Shown here piece by piece: positions 47,805-50,220 of a stretch of DNA of 50,220 bases. How positions within the stretch are numbered: the stretch's first letter is position 1; every line of letters begins with the position of its first letter. Location: the NCBI RefSeq assembly GCF_006345805.1, contig NW_021834253.1, positions 1-50,220 on the forward strand. Reading direction: 5' to 3'. A model generated the notes under the pieces. That model was not told the origin of the DNA. It worked only from the letters and a program-made list of their open reading frames with translations, and did no database searches. The stretch is from Octopus sinensis (taxonomy: Eukaryota). A program made the translations under genes and the position numbers.

Positions 47805-47978
47805 ATGCATTAAATACTACAAAACCTACACATAGGACAGACACAGACGGCCCCTCATTTTTCATCTGTTATCAACCGAAATGCTAATACACCGATAGCA
47901 TTTCGGTTGCTAACAGATGCAGAATTAGGGTCCGCAAGTGTCTGTCCTATGTGTACGTTTTTTTAGTATTTAATGCAT
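47805..47978. other. Long fold-back hairpin (~82-bp arms, 9-nt loop)
   Basis: atgcattaaatact...tacacataggacagacac...catctgttatcaaccgaaatgcta [atacaccga] tagcatttcggttgctaacagatg...gtgtctgtcctatgtgta...agtatttaatgcat. Confidence 0.8.
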
Positions 47979-47986
47979 TTATGCGC

Positions 47987-48017
<31 letters not shown>

Positions 48018-48053
48018 TGTGTTTGTGTGTGTGTGTTGTGTGTGTGTGTGTAC

Positions 48054-48171
48054 CACTCGGAGTTGAGAAGGTTTTGATTGCATCTACCAACTTCTGGTTA
48101 CGAACAGTGTTACAAACCATCTCTAATCTCATGGCTGGACTCAGCAGTGTATCCAGGTTGTGACAAAACAA
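48054..48171 (-). CDS. Candidate internal exon (LFCHNLDTLLSPAMRLEMVCNTVRNQKLVDAIKTFSTPS)
   Basis: Acceptor ctctgtcgctttccag, weak donor GTG|gtacac; 118 nt open in one of three frames. Could instead be a decayed LINE read antisense. Confidence 0.2.
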
Positions 48172-48429
48172 CTGGAAAGCGACAGAGCTGTACCAGTAAT
48201 AAGTTGGTATTTATTTCAGGTGGCTTAGCAGACTGCAGCAACGGGATATGTAGTGCCTGGTTCATGAATACAACCCACCTTCTTTCTCGGGAATCAAACT
48301 TGCGACTTCACAATTGTTAGCCCAAAACGCTATGTAGTAGACCTCGCTCTCTCACTCACACACGCACATACACACATACATGTACGCGCTTATTATTTTA
48401 AAGCGAATTTATATATAAATGTGTGTGTA

Positions 48430-48478
<49 letters not shown>

Positions 48479-49389
48479 CAGAGAGACAGAGAAATTGAAA
48501 TGGATCATGGAAATGATTAAAGGAAAAGGACGAATGAGCAAATAAACATAGAAACGGTTTCATCAGCCATGAAGACCAGACTCAAGCGTAGTTTCGGAAC
48601 ACTTAAAATCATGCATTTCATTTATTCTTAGCTCTAAATCACTCCAGAAAAATCGACACGCATTGCAAAGTGATACAGTTTAATTTAATCAATAAGACAA
48701 AAATATATATACTGGATGAGTCGACTGATGAATATTTAAGCAAAAAGATATCAACAGAAATTTCCATACAAATTTAAATTAATGTTGTAACCGAATGAGC
48801 TAAAATTGAATACATCAAAATGTTTAGTTTTATGCCGTTTGTCTACCCATATTACCTAAGAAAAAATAGGGCTAAAGTTCAACCATCACCAGTAATATTT
48901 ACAGCGCTTAGTGGTAATCAAGACCGCGAAACTTATGTAGAGTACAAAAATTAAATAAAGGGACACCCATTAACACCGAACGTGGATCCACGAGTTTCTG
49001 AAGAAAACTTAGCCATACAGTAAATCCTGCATTCAGTTTCTTAACGAAGTTTGGCTGGCGACTATCTATGCACGTTTCATGCACCAATTAGTTTAGTTGA
49101 TGTGAAGAAAGGAAAATAAATAAACAACTACTAAATCGGAGTTCATGTTCTTCGGAATGCGAAATGATCTGATAACAATTTAAGTATAATCTCCATTGCG
49201 TCTTTACAAAATCTCCAGAGGCATGCTCCTTCAAACTTTTGTAGGGAGATGTTACCGCTGTTACACTAAAAGTTTATCTTTGATTCTACAGAGAAAACAT
49301 TAAAATTCCTTCCTACCCAGCACAATTTCAACTCAGTCGTCAACTGGGAGACGAAATAGATTTTTATTATTGATGTTATTTTTATTTAG

Positions 49390-49448
49390 ATCCCTGTCAG
49401 CTCTGGTTCAGCAGAATCGTGATGTGAACCACAAATACATTCTGTCAC
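49390..49448 (+). CDS. Candidate exon (SLSALVQQNRDVNHKYILS), possibly spliced to an acceptor at 49561/49562
   Basis: Acceptor gttatttttatttag and donor CAC|gtaagc, then a 113-bp intron ending ttcttctgtctgttttag. Splicing gives ...ILSRCQ*. Confidence 0.3.
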
Positions 49449-50084
49449 GTAAGCCATAACACCGCCTGTTGTGCAGTTTCGACATGCAGTAGTTTACCAT
49501 GTGGTGTTTTATATAACAATCAGTGCATATTATTTTTTCATTATTCTTCTGTCTGTTTTAGGTTGTCAGTAATTCTAATGGTGATTTCAGGAAATACGGA
49601 CAAGGTGAACCCGGTTAAAGCACGCCTGTGGTTCTTCTATTGTTAATAGCGGAATGCATTCTGGGACAATGTCAACGGCGAGTGAAGCCATGGATGCTGC
49701 AAGCATTTTTCTGTAATGTTTATTTTTTCCTGTCTTTGTTGGAACTATTCAGGGAAGACAGTAATGTTGATGCTGTGTATCTCCAGATCAGTCCTAATGG
49801 AGAAGTCCCAGGTAATCGACCGAACGACAAAGCACGACCCACATATGAATATTCCAAGTTATTCCATGTCCCAGACGGGCTAAGGACTATATTACATTCA
49901 CCGACATACAGCGATGAGCAGCTTCGGTTGCAGTGTGAATATATTGTATTCTATCTTTTTCCCAATCTATACAAAATCACAAAGAACGAAGTGAATTCGG
50001 TCAAAGCAAATCAAATATGAACCCAAACCCAGCAGTAATGAAACATCTAATGATTTCGGGATTTTTTATTTTTATCTTTATTTT

Positions 50085-50220
50085 TTTTCTATCTTTTACT
50101 TGTTTCAGTCATTAGACTGTGGCCATGCTGGAACAATGCCTTGAAGAATGAATCGATCCCAGCATTTATTTTTTCAAGCTAGCTACTTATTCTATCGGTC
50201 TCTTTTTGCCGAACGGCTGG
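50085..50220 (-). mobile_element. SINE family B 3' end (runs off the window)
   Basis: ttttacttgtttcagtcattagactgtggccatgctgg...ttattctatcggtctc. Confidence 0.85.

Noticed and set aside
49660-49740. Minus-strand EKCLQHPWL, reminiscent of kinase subdomain XI
   Set aside because: The invariant Arg is missing at the expected spacing, there is an in-frame stop just upstream, and no other kinase motifs were found.
49628-50020. 130-aa ORF containing NVDAVYL (CR1 RT-like) and an antisense WDFSIRTD (RLE-like)
   Set aside because: Both similarities stop after a few residues with no continuation of either domain.

Overview
Animal genomic DNA that is AT-rich and saturated with repeats. The SINE and microsatellite landscape suggests a coleoid cephalopod such as Octopus (inference, not database-checked). 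No intact protein-coding gene is recognisable: nearly all supplied ORFs are translations of microsatellites or SINEs, and only a few low-confidence exon candidates remain. The window holds (i) dozens of tRNA-derived SINE copies in about four modular families, labelled A-D here; (ii) truncated LINE fragments of the Tx1/L1, RTE and R4/Dong-like (RLE) types, plus a Penelope-like remnant; (iii) several hammerhead-ribozyme-like motifs in Penelope-type repeats, including one with a fully canonical core inside a ~160-bp inverted repeat; (iv) a full-length U6 snRNA sequence joined directly to the 3' half of a SINE, about 1.1 kb downstream of a tRNA-Gly(GCC); and (v) MITE-like elements and long fold-back hairpins. 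Element boundaries were read by eye and are approximate unless a TSD or motif is quoted.
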